From Glaciecola sp. (GTDB lineage Bacteria; Pseudomonadota; Gammaproteobacteria; Enterobacterales; Alteromonadaceae), in contig CBFHTO010000014.1 in assembly GCA_965658765.1 (NCBI GenBank), forward strand, positions 90 to 64,089: 64,000 nt of DNA, given 5' to 3'. Shown here piece after piece: positions 11,701 to 21,717 of this stretch; positions within the stretch are counted from its first letter, which is position 1; each line of letters opens with the position of its first letter. Below the pieces are notes generated by a model that made no database searches, had not been told where the DNA came from, and saw nothing but the letters and a program-made list of their open reading frames with translations. The position numbers and the translations under genes were made by a program.

Positions 11701-12571
11701 CGATTTTGGTCGAGTTGAAATTGAAGCTGAGCCAAATAGCGATGGCCTAAAAATCAGTCAGCTTTTGTTTGACAATGAAAATGGTCGATTAAACGCATCA
11801 GGGCAGTGGTATAAGCGTAATGACGATCATTATACATTTATTGCAGGCGATCTTGGTGCGAGTGATTTTGGTGAATTTATTCAGAATTTTGGCTTTGATT
11901 CGGGAATAAAAGACTCAAGTGCCGACTTGGATTTTGCGCTAACGTGGCAAAACTCTCCCTTAGATATTGAGCTTGAAAACATAGATGGGGAGATAACGTG
12001 GCAGCTAAGCGATGGTTATTTGACCGAAGTAAGTGACAAAGGGTCGAGGATATTCTCATTACTAAGTTTAAACTCCCTAGTGCGTAAACTCAGTTTGGAT
12101 TTCAGGGACGTTTTCGCAAAGGGTTTTTTTTATGATAGCATGCAAGGTAGTTTGCAAATCACAGAAGGCAAAGCGGATACACGCGATACGAACATCGACG
12201 GCGCCGCTGGCGAAATTGAAATATATGGCAATACCGATCTTGCAAAACAAACTTTAAATTACAACGTGAGTTTTACGCCAAACGTTACTGGTAATCTACC
12301 ATTTTTAATGTTCTTTACTGTAAGTCCCCCTTCTGCGATTGCCGCATTAGCGATAGATCAGGTCTTGACGTCGGCTAAGGTAATATCGAATATAAATTAT
12401 TCTGTGACTGGGACTTTCAGTGAGCCTATTTTGATTGAAACAGGTCGAGAAAGTACTGAAGTCGATCTGCCTGCAAGACGCTCAACCGAAGAGAAGAAAG
12501 CAGACGATTTTGTTGCCCCCACGGAACAAGATTTGTTAAAGATAGAGGTAGACGATGGACGTTCTGATTAG
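8714..12571 (+). CDS. yhdP: YhdP family AsmA-like phospholipid transport protein
   Basis: 1285 aa with an N-terminal TM; C-terminal LRKLSLDFRDVF-like motif (VRKLSLDFRDVFAKGFFYD); conserved rng-yhdP-tldD order. Confidence 0.92.
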   Translation: MKTLRAASAFLVKKLWSLIAFAVVLVALVISLLRYALPYLNDHKDYVQSYISKQYSVEISIGELSASWQNSGPALVLREVLIAKGDQSPIELSVGEIFLEVEFWPSLFKQSLQSNQIVLNRLDLELDLPQLKQGDSDFPILQALENVFLSQLSNFLVSNSRLTLNSELHTKSIQIEKLSWLNEGNRHQGVGAFALEDFSNNKAQFILDLKGDVRRYNGTLYANAQDINLAAWINEYTGLQNELADSKGNFEVWAQIQNSEFVRLDGEILPTSLTWQRGETVMQNELTARFAAEKKQNSWDFLIKDAEFKNSDSVLTSEWAGNYVSPSSFFVELKDAIDLSPLKSLVPIYSIELADQLALSRAKAEVSSIQLWATGNDTFVQAQVDKIGWREQNLVPGVSDLSAKIYWHNNTGKVHISAEQKIIEADGLFDRVFTLSNFDMPIFFNLDGERNSLAIETSEITVDELDISLQAEYGFTDQFLSLNAKVRDALSLKQVKKFLPKQLMGENTRKYLVDALMGKGTLNKGSLLYHGKTSDFPFTQQEGVFQSELSIDSADFLFSKDWPHLHDLDVDLHFKNSGLELTSKKAKLQGISVSEIRAAIPNLSAGARLDIKASTKAQGDIVSSLFLDSPLSATLGPLLQEQVIFSGELAGELQLDIPLSQPQKTVASGSITFDSNDILLTALQLNLRESSGELTFINDKIELEIQNALLLGQPVELSLNGEQAERFYSINANMQGFWDGQGIIENTVPSLSAYANGDVGWNLDVDVQLTQNDFEYAAVLKSSLQGLELNLPAPYYKAANESQALIVNSRGDKLASVVELSLGEELLFDGVLAHQERKFNRAHLALGKTEFETRGVGFSISGELKQIDFEPWYEFVKSITQTVAQTNESPLLSAPQRMFVNVERLGFAGYTLSDLNLNVKQLMERWDIELDSDQLRASVNVFDQLYSKGIQIDAEYLRLPKQFADNERQTISASDFDPKTLPTINFTCKSCELFGYDFGRVEIEAEPNSDGLKISQLLFDNENGRLNASGQWYKRNDDHYTFIAGDLGASDFGEFIQNFGFDSGIKDSSADLDFALTWQNSPLDIELENIDGEITWQLSDGYLTEVSDKGSRIFSLLSLNSLVRKLSLDFRDVFAKGFFYDSMQGSLQITEGKADTRDTNIDGAAGEIEIYGNTDLAKQTLNYNVSFTPNVTGNLPFLMFFTVSPPSAIAALAIDQVLTSAKVISNINYSVTGTFSEPILIETGRESTEVDLPARRSTEEKKADDFVAPTEQDLLKIEVDDGRSD

Positions 12572-13418
12572 TGTACAGTTAAATTCCACAGCCGAAGTGG
12601 ACACTAACATTGATCAGGTATCTCAAATCTTAGATCAAGGATTAGCGGATTTAAAATTCAATATTCAAGACAATAAATTGATTGTGCTTCCAGAGTGTTT
12701 TTCTATTTTCGGAGTGTCTGCGGCGCAAATGCGAAAAAATGCTGAACAGATAGGCTCGGGTCGCATCCAAGAAAAGCTTAAGGCTTTGTCTTTGCAGTAT
12801 AATGCTTACATTGTCGCGGGCACGACTCCTATCGTAGATTCTCATGATGCAGAAAAGTATTACGCGGCTTCTTTGACCTATTCTCCAAAAGGTGAATTGA
12901 TTTCAAGGTATGACAAAATACATCTGTTCGATGTTGATGTGAACGACAATACCAAGTCCTACCGTGAGTCAAATTCAACCATACCGGGTAAAAGCCTCGC
13001 CCTATTTCAAACATCGTTTGGCGAGGTGGCGCAATCGGTATGTTACGATTTACGATTTGCGAGTATGTTTCAAGCTTATGCTAAATTCACCATTGATGGA
13101 CAGTCACCGCCAGTGATCGTTGTGCCTTCTGCGTTTACTAAAAAAACAGGCGAGGCACATTGGCATGCGCTCCTTAAGGCACGTAGTATTGAGAATCAGT
13201 GTTATATTGTCGCAGCAAACCAAAGTGGGAAACATGCGGACGGGCGAGAAACATTTGGGCATACTTGTATATATTCCCCGTGGGGTGAATTACTTGATAT
13301 CATAAGGACAGATAAGGGTTTCGCTCTAGCTAAGTTTGATCCAAGCCAAATCACAAAAGTACGAAAGCAGATGCCACTGCACCAACACAAAAAAGAGAGA
13401 TATCACATTGAATTCTAA
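12555..13418 (+). CDS. Carbon-nitrogen hydrolase (Nit1-like deaminated glutathione amidase)
   Basis: Catalytic triad motifs [13 protein letters not shown] and VCYDLRF; RSIENQCY. Confidence 0.88.
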   Translation: MDVLISVQLNSTAEVDTNIDQVSQILDQGLADLKFNIQDNKLIVLPECFSIFGVSAAQMRKNAEQIGSGRIQEKLKALSLQYNAYIVAGTTPIVDSHDAEKYYAASLTYSPKGELISRYDKIHLFDVDVNDNTKSYRESNSTIPGKSLALFQTSFGEVAQSVCYDLRFASMFQAYAKFTIDGQSPPVIVVPSAFTKKTGEAHWHALLKARSIENQCYIVAANQSGKHADGRETFGHTCIYSPWGELLDIIRTDKGFALAKFDPSQITKVRKQMPLHQHKKERYHIEF

Positions 13419-14868
13419 AGTGCTCGAAAGTTTAATTACTCAATCTGATTTAAGCAGAGAACAATTGTCTGAGCTGTTGACTGAGGTAATTGCTTTTGGC
13501 AACGATTATTCGGATCTTTATTTTCAGCTGTCTCAGCATGAGAGTTGGGTCTTAGAAGACGGCATCATTAAAGATGGTAATTACAATATCGAACGAGGCG
13601 TTGGCGTACGGGCAGTTAAGGGAGAACAGACTGGGTTTGCCTACTCGGATGAAATTAATTTTGATGCCCTAAAAACCGCGGTAAATGCAGCTAAGAGTAT
13701 TTCACGCTCAAAACATAAAAACGGCTCAGTTAAAGTGCCATGCACATTCACTGAGGCGTCACCAAAGGTACTATATTCAGACCATAACCCCTTGATGAGC
13801 ATGCAGGACGCAGACAAAGTTGATTTGCTTCGAACGGTAGACGCTTATGTTAGGAGTCAAGAACCCTCTGTCTCTCAAGTTACTGTTAGTTTAACTGGGG
13901 TTTATGAAGAAATACTGGTTGCAGCAAGCGATGGTACGTTCGCTACCGATATTCGTCCGCTCATTCGTTTAAATTGTTCAGTATTACTTGAAAATGACGG
14001 GGTTAAAGAGCGAGGTAGTTCGGGAGCAGGTGGAAGAAGATCATATGACTTTTTTACTCAGAACGAGAGCGGATCAGGTCAAGCGCTTTATCAAAAAATT
14101 GCCAATGACGCATTAAATATGGCGCGTGTTAACTTAAGAGCGGTTGCTGCACCAGCGGGAACATTGCCGGTGGTTTTAGGGAATGGTTGGCCTGGCGTCC
14201 TGCTGCATGAAGCCGTTGGACATGGCCTTGAAGGCGACTTTAATCGTAAAGGCGCATCGACCTTTAGCGGGCGTATTGGAGAGCAGGTTGCATCTAAAGG
14301 AGTGACAGTAGTTGATGATGGCACCCTTGAAAACCGGCGTGGTTCGTTGTCTGTAGACGATGAGGGGACACCTTCTCAATACAACGTTCTGATTGAAGAC
14401 GGTATATTGAAATCCTATATGCAAGACAAACAAAACGCTGGTTTAATGGGGGTAAAACCCACAGGCAATGGCAGGCGCGAGTCCTATGCGCATTTGCCAA
14501 TGCCCCGAATGACAAATACGTATATGCTAGCAGGGCAACATTCTCCAGAGCATATTATCTCAAGTGTTGATAAAGGCATCTATGCGCCAAATTTTGGAGG
14601 TGGTCAAGTGGATATCACTTCGGGTAAGTTTGTTTTCTCAACTTCAGAAGCCTACCTAATTGAGAATGGTAAAGTGACTACTCCAATCAAAGGCGCAACA
14701 CTTATTGGAAATGGTCCCGACTCGATGCAAAAAATATCAATGATCGGTAATGATCTCGCTTTAGATTCTGGTGTTGGTGTGTGCGGGAAAGATGGACAGT
14801 CAGTACCAGTGGGTGTTGGCCAACCAACCTTATTGATTGATGAGTTAACCGTTGGCGGAACGGCATAG
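13408..14868 (+). CDS. tldD: Metalloprotease TldD
   Basis: [20 protein letters not shown]; PMPRMTNT; [19 protein letters not shown] at 13408 preferred over 13336. Confidence 0.97.
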   Translation: MNSKVLESLITQSDLSREQLSELLTEVIAFGNDYSDLYFQLSQHESWVLEDGIIKDGNYNIERGVGVRAVKGEQTGFAYSDEINFDALKTAVNAAKSISRSKHKNGSVKVPCTFTEASPKVLYSDHNPLMSMQDADKVDLLRTVDAYVRSQEPSVSQVTVSLTGVYEEILVAASDGTFATDIRPLIRLNCSVLLENDGVKERGSSGAGGRRSYDFFTQNESGSGQALYQKIANDALNMARVNLRAVAAPAGTLPVVLGNGWPGVLLHEAVGHGLEGDFNRKGASTFSGRIGEQVASKGVTVVDDGTLENRRGSLSVDDEGTPSQYNVLIEDGILKSYMQDKQNAGLMGVKPTGNGRRESYAHLPMPRMTNTYMLAGQHSPEHIISSVDKGIYAPNFGGGQVDITSGKFVFSTSEAYLIENGKVTTPIKGATLIGNGPDSMQKISMIGNDLALDSGVGVCGKDGQSVPVGVGQPTLLIDELTVGGTA

Positions 14869-14897
14869 ACGCGTTTTCTTTGGCTGCGAGAAAAGGC

Positions 14898-15668
14898 TCA
14901 GCGAGTTATTCTTTTTAATTTATTTTTGACAGATAGATAGCTTGTCTTAGGATGACTAGGTGCTCGTAAAATGAGTGAATCAATATCGTTTTCTGTGATC
15001 CGAATTGGCGCAACATGTGCCATCAGTAACTCAAAACCACAGTAGGATTTAAGCCGCTCTAATGAGTGTTTATATTGTTGTGGCAAGTATATGGGAAACG
15101 GTGGGCTTAGTTGCTTTTTGATACTCACAATTAAATCGGCGACGTATACAATTTTTTCAACTTCATTTACTAAGCTAATATCGCGGTCAGTATGCCCTGG
15201 TGTATAAATGACTCGCCAATCTTCAAAATTTGGAATCGCCTGACCATCATCTAATTCTATACATGGACACAGAGTGGGCGAGTACCATATATTCTTCTTG
15301 GGTTTGCCCATTCGACCAGCTACCCAAAGTGCAAGCCCAATATCAACTATGTGCGCGAGTCTGCCGCGTATACCAGCGTACCACTGCCGGGTGTTTTGCC
15401 CAGTTAAGATTTTGCAGTTGAGTCGTTTACGAAAGGTTGAAGCACAACCTGCGTGGTCGGGGTGCATATGTGTTACGACTATCGAATGTAAATCGCAAAG
15501 CGGGCGCTGTAATACTTCCACTATGTACTTTTCGACTGAAGCATAATCAACCTTACAGCAACCATCCAAAAGAAGGAGCCCATGCTCATATTCAGCCAAA
15601 TGAATATTTTGGATGTAGCCTTCAATCGTATGTACTTTTATTAGTTTTTTAGATACTTCTTTGTTCAT
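14898..15668 (-). CDS. MBL-fold metallo-hydrolase
   Basis: THMHPDHAG (HxHxDH), TPGHT, YVADL motifs. Confidence 0.88.
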   Translation of the reverse strand: MNKEVSKKLIKVHTIEGYIQNIHLAEYEHGLLLLDGCCKVDYASVEKYIVEVLQRPLCDLHSIVVTHMHPDHAGCASTFRKRLNCKILTGQNTRQWYAGIRGRLAHIVDIGLALWVAGRMGKPKKNIWYSPTLCPCIELDDGQAIPNFEDWRVIYTPGHTDRDISLVNEVEKIVYVADLIVSIKKQLSPPFPIYLPQQYKHSLERLKSYCGFELLMAHVAPIRITENDIDSLILRAPSHPKTSYLSVKNKLKRITR

Positions 15669-15711
15669 CCGCTCATCGTACCACTTGTTGGCGGATAAAT
15701 TCTAGATGGCT

Positions 15712-15996
15712 CTAAGCTTTTTTTAAGGTCACTACATCAGCGTTTTCTTTTTCAAGAATATCATCAGCACTTGTTCCTTTGAGAAGCTTAGCGACCGAAT
15801 CTTTGTTTTTCGCTAATAAAATGCCCAATTCTTCGGATATTTCGTCATTCAACTCAATCCCTTTTGCTGCTATATACGCCGATAGGTTATCAGCGACCTC
15901 GAGCATCTTATCGTACTGGTCCGCTTTTTTCTTATCAGTGGTTACCAATTTATCGACTCCTTTGTGTTGAACGACGTATTGAGTGATGACCGCCAT
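15712..15996 (-). CDS. yebG: YebG family DNA damage-inducible protein
   Basis: MAVITQYVV..G...KKADQYDKMLEVADNL motif; upstream LexA box. Confidence 0.85.
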   Translation of the reverse strand: MAVITQYVVQHKGVDKLVTTDKKKADQYDKMLEVADNLSAYIAAKGIELNDEISEELGILLAKNKDSVAKLLKGTSADDILEKENADVVTLKKA

Positions 15997-16044
15997 AATT
16001 GACTCCTAAGTTATCGTGTTAAAGGTTTAACATACCTGTATTAA

Positions 16045-16060
16045 CTGTATATTAATACAG
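16045..16060. promoter_or_regulatory. LexA (SOS) box upstream of yebG
   Basis: CTGTATATTAATACAG matches CTG-N10-CAG with an AT-rich core, about 50 bp upstream of the yebG ATG. Confidence 0.88.
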
Positions 16061-16231
16061 TTTTTTATCTCTTTGAAGTAAGACGACGTAGTCGATAGGT
16101 ATTTTTTATCGATTTTTAAAGAATATCTGCAAACTATTCTGGCCATAAAAGCAGCTTAGAATAGAAACGATACTAATCGTTTAATTACTAGCTCATGTAA
16201 GCATACTAAACATTTTATTATCGAGGTATTT

Positions 16232-16801
16232 TTGTTTAATTTTTCGAGCGTGTCGGCCATTATTTTTGACCTAGACGATACTTTAGTTAAAACCCAGCTT
16301 GATTTTGTTCAATTAAAAAAAGAAATTAATTGTCCAGTTGATCATGACATATTGAGCTTTATCGAGTGCCTGCCTAGTTATGAAGAACGTGTTGAAGCAG
16401 AAAGGAAAGTGCGGGAGCATGAACTAAGCGACGCGCAAACCTCTACTTGGCTGCTGGGGGCAAAAGAGTTCGTTACACATGCTCAACGTTTAAAATTACC
16501 TATGGCGATCGTCACTCGAAATTGCAAAGAAGCACTAGAGATCAAAATAGAAAAAAATCAGATCCCTATTTCAACCTACCTGTCGAGAGAGGATGCACCA
16601 GCGAAACCTAATCCAAGCGCACTATTAATGTTAGCATCGAAGTGGGCACTCACTCCTTCCAAAATCGCCTACATTGGTGATTATAAATATGATATACAAG
16701 CGGCACATAACGCGAATATGCAAGCGTGGTGGTTTGATGTTAAGCAACTTAATGAAGGGTTAGAGTTTGCTAGTTGCCTGTCGTTTATACCAAAAGCATA
16801 A
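16232..16801 (+). CDS. HAD-family hydrolase (phosphatase)
   Basis: IFDLDDTLV (motif I), IVTRN (II), KPNPSAL (III), YIGDYKYDIQAA (IV). Confidence 0.9.
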   Translation: MFNFSSVSAIIFDLDDTLVKTQLDFVQLKKEINCPVDHDILSFIECLPSYEERVEAERKVREHELSDAQTSTWLLGAKEFVTHAQRLKLPMAIVTRNCKEALEIKIEKNQIPISTYLSREDAPAKPNPSALLMLASKWALTPSKIAYIGDYKYDIQAAHNANMQAWWFDVKQLNEGLEFASCLSFIPKA

Positions 16802-17060
16802 TATACACCTTGGTCTGAGTTTAGTTGCGACCGACCACATTTGTTATTAGTCTAATAGTGATGTGTGAGACCTCGTAATAAGTAATGTGCAGAGCTCTGT
16901 CGCTGATGACTAATCTAGTTACAGATGCTATCGACGTATAAAAATAAAGGTATTAACAATAAAATCAATTATTTACACATAATTGTTCATTGAGCAAGAG
17001 GACAAAAATGTAGTAGGGATATGTTTAATATCCCTGTAGTTGTAGTTTTCTAAGGATAGA

Positions 17061-19163
17061 TTGATGGAATTTGTTAGTTCTTTTTATTCGTTACTGATGA
17101 GTGCATCAGTAATCACTTCGTTTGATTATTTTTGTTGGTTTGTTGCTGGAGGTCTTGTCGCTAGATTATTTCCAATTCTTTTAATCAAGATAAAGGTTTA
17201 CGCAAAATACTTTTTGCTAAAACAGGAGCTTGCTAAAACGCATGTTCAGCCCGATGTGAAAGCATCACATGTCATTATTCAAGCACATAAACGGTTTGTT
17301 TTTATACTTAAGCATTTCAAAAACCCCATAGCTAGTACTAAAAAAGTGGTGGTGACTGTCCACAGGAGTTTTATAGCTAATACTAAAAAAGCATTTGTGA
17401 CTGTCCACAGAGGTTTTTGTCAAAATATCATAGTCCAAATTCGCTCACTATTTCACAAACGATTTGCGCGTAAGGCTTTAGTTTCTTCTACAAAAGTACA
17501 GGCCCTTTGTTCTCACCCCAAAAACTTAGAAAACATAAGCACGATTAACGCTATCGATACTTCTTACAAAGCCGCTAATGAGCTGATTCAATTAGAGGAA
17601 CCCATTGATAATATTGATAAAGATAATGACAAATCTACTTACCATATTGATGTGAAAAGCAAACCGGGAACAAGACTTCCAAAAAATAGTATGGTTTGTG
17701 ACAGTACACGTTCTCAACATTGTACAACTCGCTTTAAGGGGGCAGAGCGATATTTGTCTCAGTGTTTTTCGCCTAGCTGCTTGCAAACATCTCCCACTGA
17801 TCAGGAACTCACAGTCTTTACTGCGAAAAGTTCGAGTCAAAAAATGGACACATGCGTTTTGAATAGGCTCATCAATAAGCAAATTAGCTCATTGGAAAAA
17901 ATGTTCACAAATGTCAAAGTTGAGCGTTGTCTTGTAGAAAATTCGTCTGCCAACATAGTACTTTCAGTCACTTGGCTAAACCAAGCGATTTCAAGGTTAC
18001 TAAATAACGCGATAAAACATAGTCAGCAGAATGTCGAAATTTGCATAAGAAGCATCATAGATGAGAAATATTTAGTGCTTTGTGTAGAAGACAATGGCCC
18101 CGGACTTTCGAGTGAGGTACGCAATAAATTGAACCTCCTGCGTGTTCAAAATTATAAGGGATACAGACGAGACACAGATGAACATTTGCTTTTGAACTTG
18201 CCTGTCATACAAAAGCATATTGAAGCAACTGGCGGCCATTTTGATATCAATAGTTCTGCTAATAGCCACACATCAATTACTCTTAAAATCCCTTTGCGAT
18301 TTTGCTCTACGCCTCAGATTAACGATTTTGAGCACTTGAAAATAGTAAGTAAATTTAAAGCGCCACCAGCGAATTCAAACATTGAAAAGGTGCTCTTGAT
18401 ATCAGATGAAGACTATCATCTTACATTGCGTCAATCTTTACAAAAGCAGGTTTTTATAAGTCATTTTTCAACATTGGAGGCCGCGTTATTACAACTAAAT
18501 AATCTTAAGCCAGATTGTATTGTTTTAAATATGAGAAGAAAATTAAATAACTCACTCTCTTTGCACGAGTGGCTTACGCAAAGTGAAGTGTTAAAGCAAA
18601 TACCGCTTGTTTTAATTGCAGATGATTCAGAGACGCAGTCCAAGGTTGTAAATTTAAGAGCAGGAATTGCAGCAGTCATTGGCCAAGACCACTCCATGGT
18701 CGAATTACGAGCTACTCTAAAAACGGTCATGGCTTCTTATCGGAATTATCAGAAGATGATTGACGAGAGGCTTGCCAACTACCACATAAAACACTTAAGC
18801 CCTGCACTGGATCCCGAGAGAATAATTAAAAATGACCATAGGCTTCAATTTTTGCAGAACTTAGATAAAGTATTTGAAAGTCATTATCAATCTGAGGGTT
18901 TAAAAGTAGGGTTCGTAGCAGATTGTCTACACATGACAGAAAAAACGTTTAATAGGCGTCTTATGAGTCATTGTCACACCACCTTTAGTGACGCATTACG
19001 AAAGTATCGTTTAACTAAAGCAAGCAAGCTCATATTAGAGGGCGAGATGATATCTAACGCCGCTTTTGAATGCGGGTTTACTTCCCCATCCTATTTTACT
19101 CAGTGTTTTCGAAAGCAGTATGGATTTAAACCTTCTGACTTAGTAAAAAAAGTATCAGATTAA
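17061..19163 (+). CDS. Degenerate hybrid: HATPase-like + pseudo-receiver + AraC HTH
   Basis: LLNNAIKHS (N box), VEDNGPGL (G1); receiver-like KVLLISDED..PDCIVLNM; AraC-type AAFECGFTSPSYFTQCFRKQYG. No recognisable H box or G2 box. Confidence 0.7.
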   Translation: MMEFVSSFYSLLMSASVITSFDYFCWFVAGGLVARLFPILLIKIKVYAKYFLLKQELAKTHVQPDVKASHVIIQAHKRFVFILKHFKNPIASTKKVVVTVHRSFIANTKKAFVTVHRGFCQNIIVQIRSLFHKRFARKALVSSTKVQALCSHPKNLENISTINAIDTSYKAANELIQLEEPIDNIDKDNDKSTYHIDVKSKPGTRLPKNSMVCDSTRSQHCTTRFKGAERYLSQCFSPSCLQTSPTDQELTVFTAKSSSQKMDTCVLNRLINKQISSLEKMFTNVKVERCLVENSSANIVLSVTWLNQAISRLLNNAIKHSQQNVEICIRSIIDEKYLVLCVEDNGPGLSSEVRNKLNLLRVQNYKGYRRDTDEHLLLNLPVIQKHIEATGGHFDINSSANSHTSITLKIPLRFCSTPQINDFEHLKIVSKFKAPPANSNIEKVLLISDEDYHLTLRQSLQKQVFISHFSTLEAALLQLNNLKPDCIVLNMRRKLNNSLSLHEWLTQSEVLKQIPLVLIADDSETQSKVVNLRAGIAAVIGQDHSMVELRATLKTVMASYRNYQKMIDERLANYHIKHLSPALDPERIIKNDHRLQFLQNLDKVFESHYQSEGLKVGFVADCLHMTEKTFNRRLMSHCHTTFSDALRKYRLTKASKLILEGEMISNAAFECGFTSPSYFTQCFRKQYGFKPSDLVKKVSD
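17328..17417 (+). repeat. In-frame tandem duplication, 2 x 45 bp
   Basis: ATAGCTAGTACTAAAAAAGTGGTGGTGACTGTCCACAGGAGTTTT / ATAGCTAATACTAAAAAAGCATTTGTGACTGTCCACAGAGGTTTT; 38/45 identical by hand count. Confidence 0.85.
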
Positions 19164-19206
19164 TCAGGAACTGTTCATAAAGGCGACAAACAGAAAACAG
19201 GCATCC

Positions 19207-21420
19207 TTATCCGCTAATGACCTGTAACTGATTTATATCTGTGTCACCTTTTATGACTTTCAAGACGCCATCTTGGATTAAGCTCCGCATTCCATCAGCG
19301 GTTGCTTGTTCTTTCATTTCGTTTACTGAAGCCTCTTTATATATAAGACTCCGTAGTGCATCGGTCATGCCTAATAGCTCGTGTACGCCCGTTCTGCCTT
19401 TATAACCCGTATCACTGCATTGATCACAACCTACCGCTTTGCTCAACATCAAAGGCGTTTCTACATTTAGTTCGTCAAACTGTTCAGAGCCATACTGACG
19501 TTTTAAAAAAGCGAGTTCCTGTTCATTTGCTTCATATTTCTCTTTACAGTTTGGACAAAGAGTACGGATTAAACGTTGCGCTAAAATACCGACACAAGCA
19601 TCGGAAAAGTTCACAGGGTCAAGTCCTAAGTCGAGCAGACGAGTGATAGTTTCAGGGGCTGAGTTCGTGTGTAGTGTCGATAGAACCAAGTGGCCTGTGA
19701 GCGATGCTTCTATACCAGCATGCGCAGTTTCTTTATCTCGCATCTCACCGATCAAAATAATGTCGGGGTCTGCCCTTAAAAAGGCTCGTAATGCATTCGC
19801 GAAAGTAAAGCCGATCTTTGATTGCACTTGAACCTGTTGAAGGCCTGGCTGAGTGATCTCAACAGGATCTTCAGCTGTCCAGATCTTTTTGTCCGGCGTA
19901 TTTAAGTAACCCAATATTGCGTGTAATGTAGTTGTTTTACCGGAACCTGTTGGCCCAACCACCAGTAAAATACCATGTGGCTTTTTGATCATACTTTCGA
20001 TCATTTCAAGATTACGTGGTGACAGGTTCATTTTTTCAATCGGCATCGCGCCACCAGTGGCCAATATCCTCATTACGACCCCTTCACCCGCAACGGTCGG
20101 AATCGTTGCAACCCGCACTTCTACCGCTTGGCCGCCAGACCTAAACGCAAGTTTTCCATCTTGCGGGATGCGCTTTTCTGCGATGTTTAAACTAGACATT
20201 ATTTTGATACGAGCAATCACCGCGCTGTGATGTGACGCGGGTACTTGATTGATGTCTCGTACTACGCCGTCCACTCTCATTCTTACTCTAGTCGGGGCGC
20301 CTTTTTCAGGGTCGATATGTATGTCAGATGCATTCAAGCGTTTAGCATCATGAAGAATACGGCTCACCAAACGCACAACGGCAGGTGCATCTTCTGCTAG
20401 GTCATCCGTCTGGTCGTCAACTTCTTCATAGCTAGTGCCAATCTCATCTAATATCTCATCTAACTCACCGGGCGCAGCCCCCGCGCTATTTTCTCCTAGA
20501 TATTGTAATATTTGATTGGGCAATCCAACTGCAATGTCGTAGCTATCTATCCCTAAAGCGCTTTCAATTTCCATAAGTAGCTGAGCATTGTTTGGCTCAG
20601 CCATCAGTACAGTTGGTTGTTCATGCACGTTAGCTATCACAGCCACATAGTTGCGTTTAAGATAAGATAAGTTGAGCTTTGCTTCGTTGTGATACAGGTG
20701 AAAATCGTCTGGCAGATAGGCAATAAAAGGTACTTGATAATGGACAGAAAGCGCGTTGCCTATTACGGTTTCGTTTATTCTGTATTCTGATACTAGGCGC
20801 TGAACGGTGTGTGTTACATCTGGGTCTTTAGTGAGTTCGCCCAAGATTTTTTCAGATATCAGGCCTTGGTATATAAGGTAGTCAAAGGGATTTTTCGTCC
20901 CGCCTAATTCGTAACGAAATTTATCGCCTAAAATATCCGAAATCTGCAGTGCAAGGTCTAAATCTTCAGCATCAAACTCCGCCTCAGACTTATTGATAAT
21001 TTGCATAACACCCATCAATACGTTGGCATTCATTACGGGTACACATAAGATATTACGAGTAGTGAATTTGTTTGTTTGGTCGAACTTTTTATCAAATTTC
21101 AACCTAAAATGTATGCCTTCAAGCATCTTATCGTTATACGGATCATTAATGATCAGGGGTTGTTGTGCCATTGCAACATAACCAGCAATGGATTGAGGAC
21201 TTATAGGTACTTTGATTTCGGTGCGTTCTTTGCCTGTTTTGAATCTAGCGACTAAGTCTTGATGTTGTGATCTTCGCTGGAAAAGAGATATACGCTGTGC
21301 GTCGAAAGCTTGAAGAATGATAGGCTCGATCTGTTGGAAAGCATCTAGCAAAGTTGAATGTTCGTTCAACTTTGTCCTTAGGGTATCTAATAACTGCGTA
21401 CTCTGAATACTTGTGAACAT
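19207..21420 (-). CDS. GspE/PulE/PilB-family ATPase with N-terminal GAF domain
   Basis: GAF motifs (SIAGYVA..QPLIINDPY..TRNILCVPV..GVMQIINK); Walker A GPTGSGKT; AEDPVE; Walker B IILIGEMRD; His box LSTLHTN; CPNC..CDQC. Confidence 0.9.
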   Translation of the reverse strand: MFTSIQSTQLLDTLRTKLNEHSTLLDAFQQIEPIILQAFDAQRISLFQRRSQHQDLVARFKTGKERTEIKVPISPQSIAGYVAMAQQPLIINDPYNDKMLEGIHFRLKFDKKFDQTNKFTTRNILCVPVMNANVLMGVMQIINKSEAEFDAEDLDLALQISDILGDKFRYELGGTKNPFDYLIYQGLISEKILGELTKDPDVTHTVQRLVSEYRINETVIGNALSVHYQVPFIAYLPDDFHLYHNEAKLNLSYLKRNYVAVIANVHEQPTVLMAEPNNAQLLMEIESALGIDSYDIAVGLPNQILQYLGENSAGAAPGELDEILDEIGTSYEEVDDQTDDLAEDAPAVVRLVSRILHDAKRLNASDIHIDPEKGAPTRVRMRVDGVVRDINQVPASHHSAVIARIKIMSSLNIAEKRIPQDGKLAFRSGGQAVEVRVATIPTVAGEGVVMRILATGGAMPIEKMNLSPRNLEMIESMIKKPHGILLVVGPTGSGKTTTLHAILGYLNTPDKKIWTAEDPVEITQPGLQQVQVQSKIGFTFANALRAFLRADPDIILIGEMRDKETAHAGIEASLTGHLVLSTLHTNSAPETITRLLDLGLDPVNFSDACVGILAQRLIRTLCPNCKEKYEANEQELAFLKRQYGSEQFDELNVETPLMLSKAVGCDQCSDTGYKGRTGVHELLGMTDALRSLIYKEASVNEMKEQATADGMRSLIQDGVLKVIKGDTDINQLQVISG

Positions 21421-21689
21421 GTGCCTGTTGGACTCTCTCTTATTCCAAATTTTGGTGGATTTATATTATGATATATAGATTTAGTTTAACATAAACGCAA
21501 AGTGTATCGTCATTTATCGGCTATTCTGTGTAAGCCATTAGTGAATCAAACAAGCTTAAAGTTCAGTAGATTCATAAACTAAGCGATATTATTAGGATTA
21601 TAAAACCCAAATAACAACGTAGCGTATGTTACAACGTGCGCTGTTATTTATATAGCCGTACTCAAATACTGCTTTTTTACACAAAAAAC

Positions 21690-21717
21690 TTGTCATCACC
21701 CCTCAAGCATGTATAAT
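21690..21717 (+). promoter_or_regulatory. Sigma70 promoter of the S10 operon
   Basis: TTGTCA (21690-21695), 16-nt spacer, TATAAT (21712-21717), then GC-rich discriminator-like CGCGCCC. Confidence 0.75.

Noticed and set aside
16837-16867. Imperfect inverted repeat CACATTTGTTATTAG/CTAATAGTGATGTG after the HAD gene
   Set aside because: Mismatched and AT-rich with no U-tract; not distinguishable from chance by eye.
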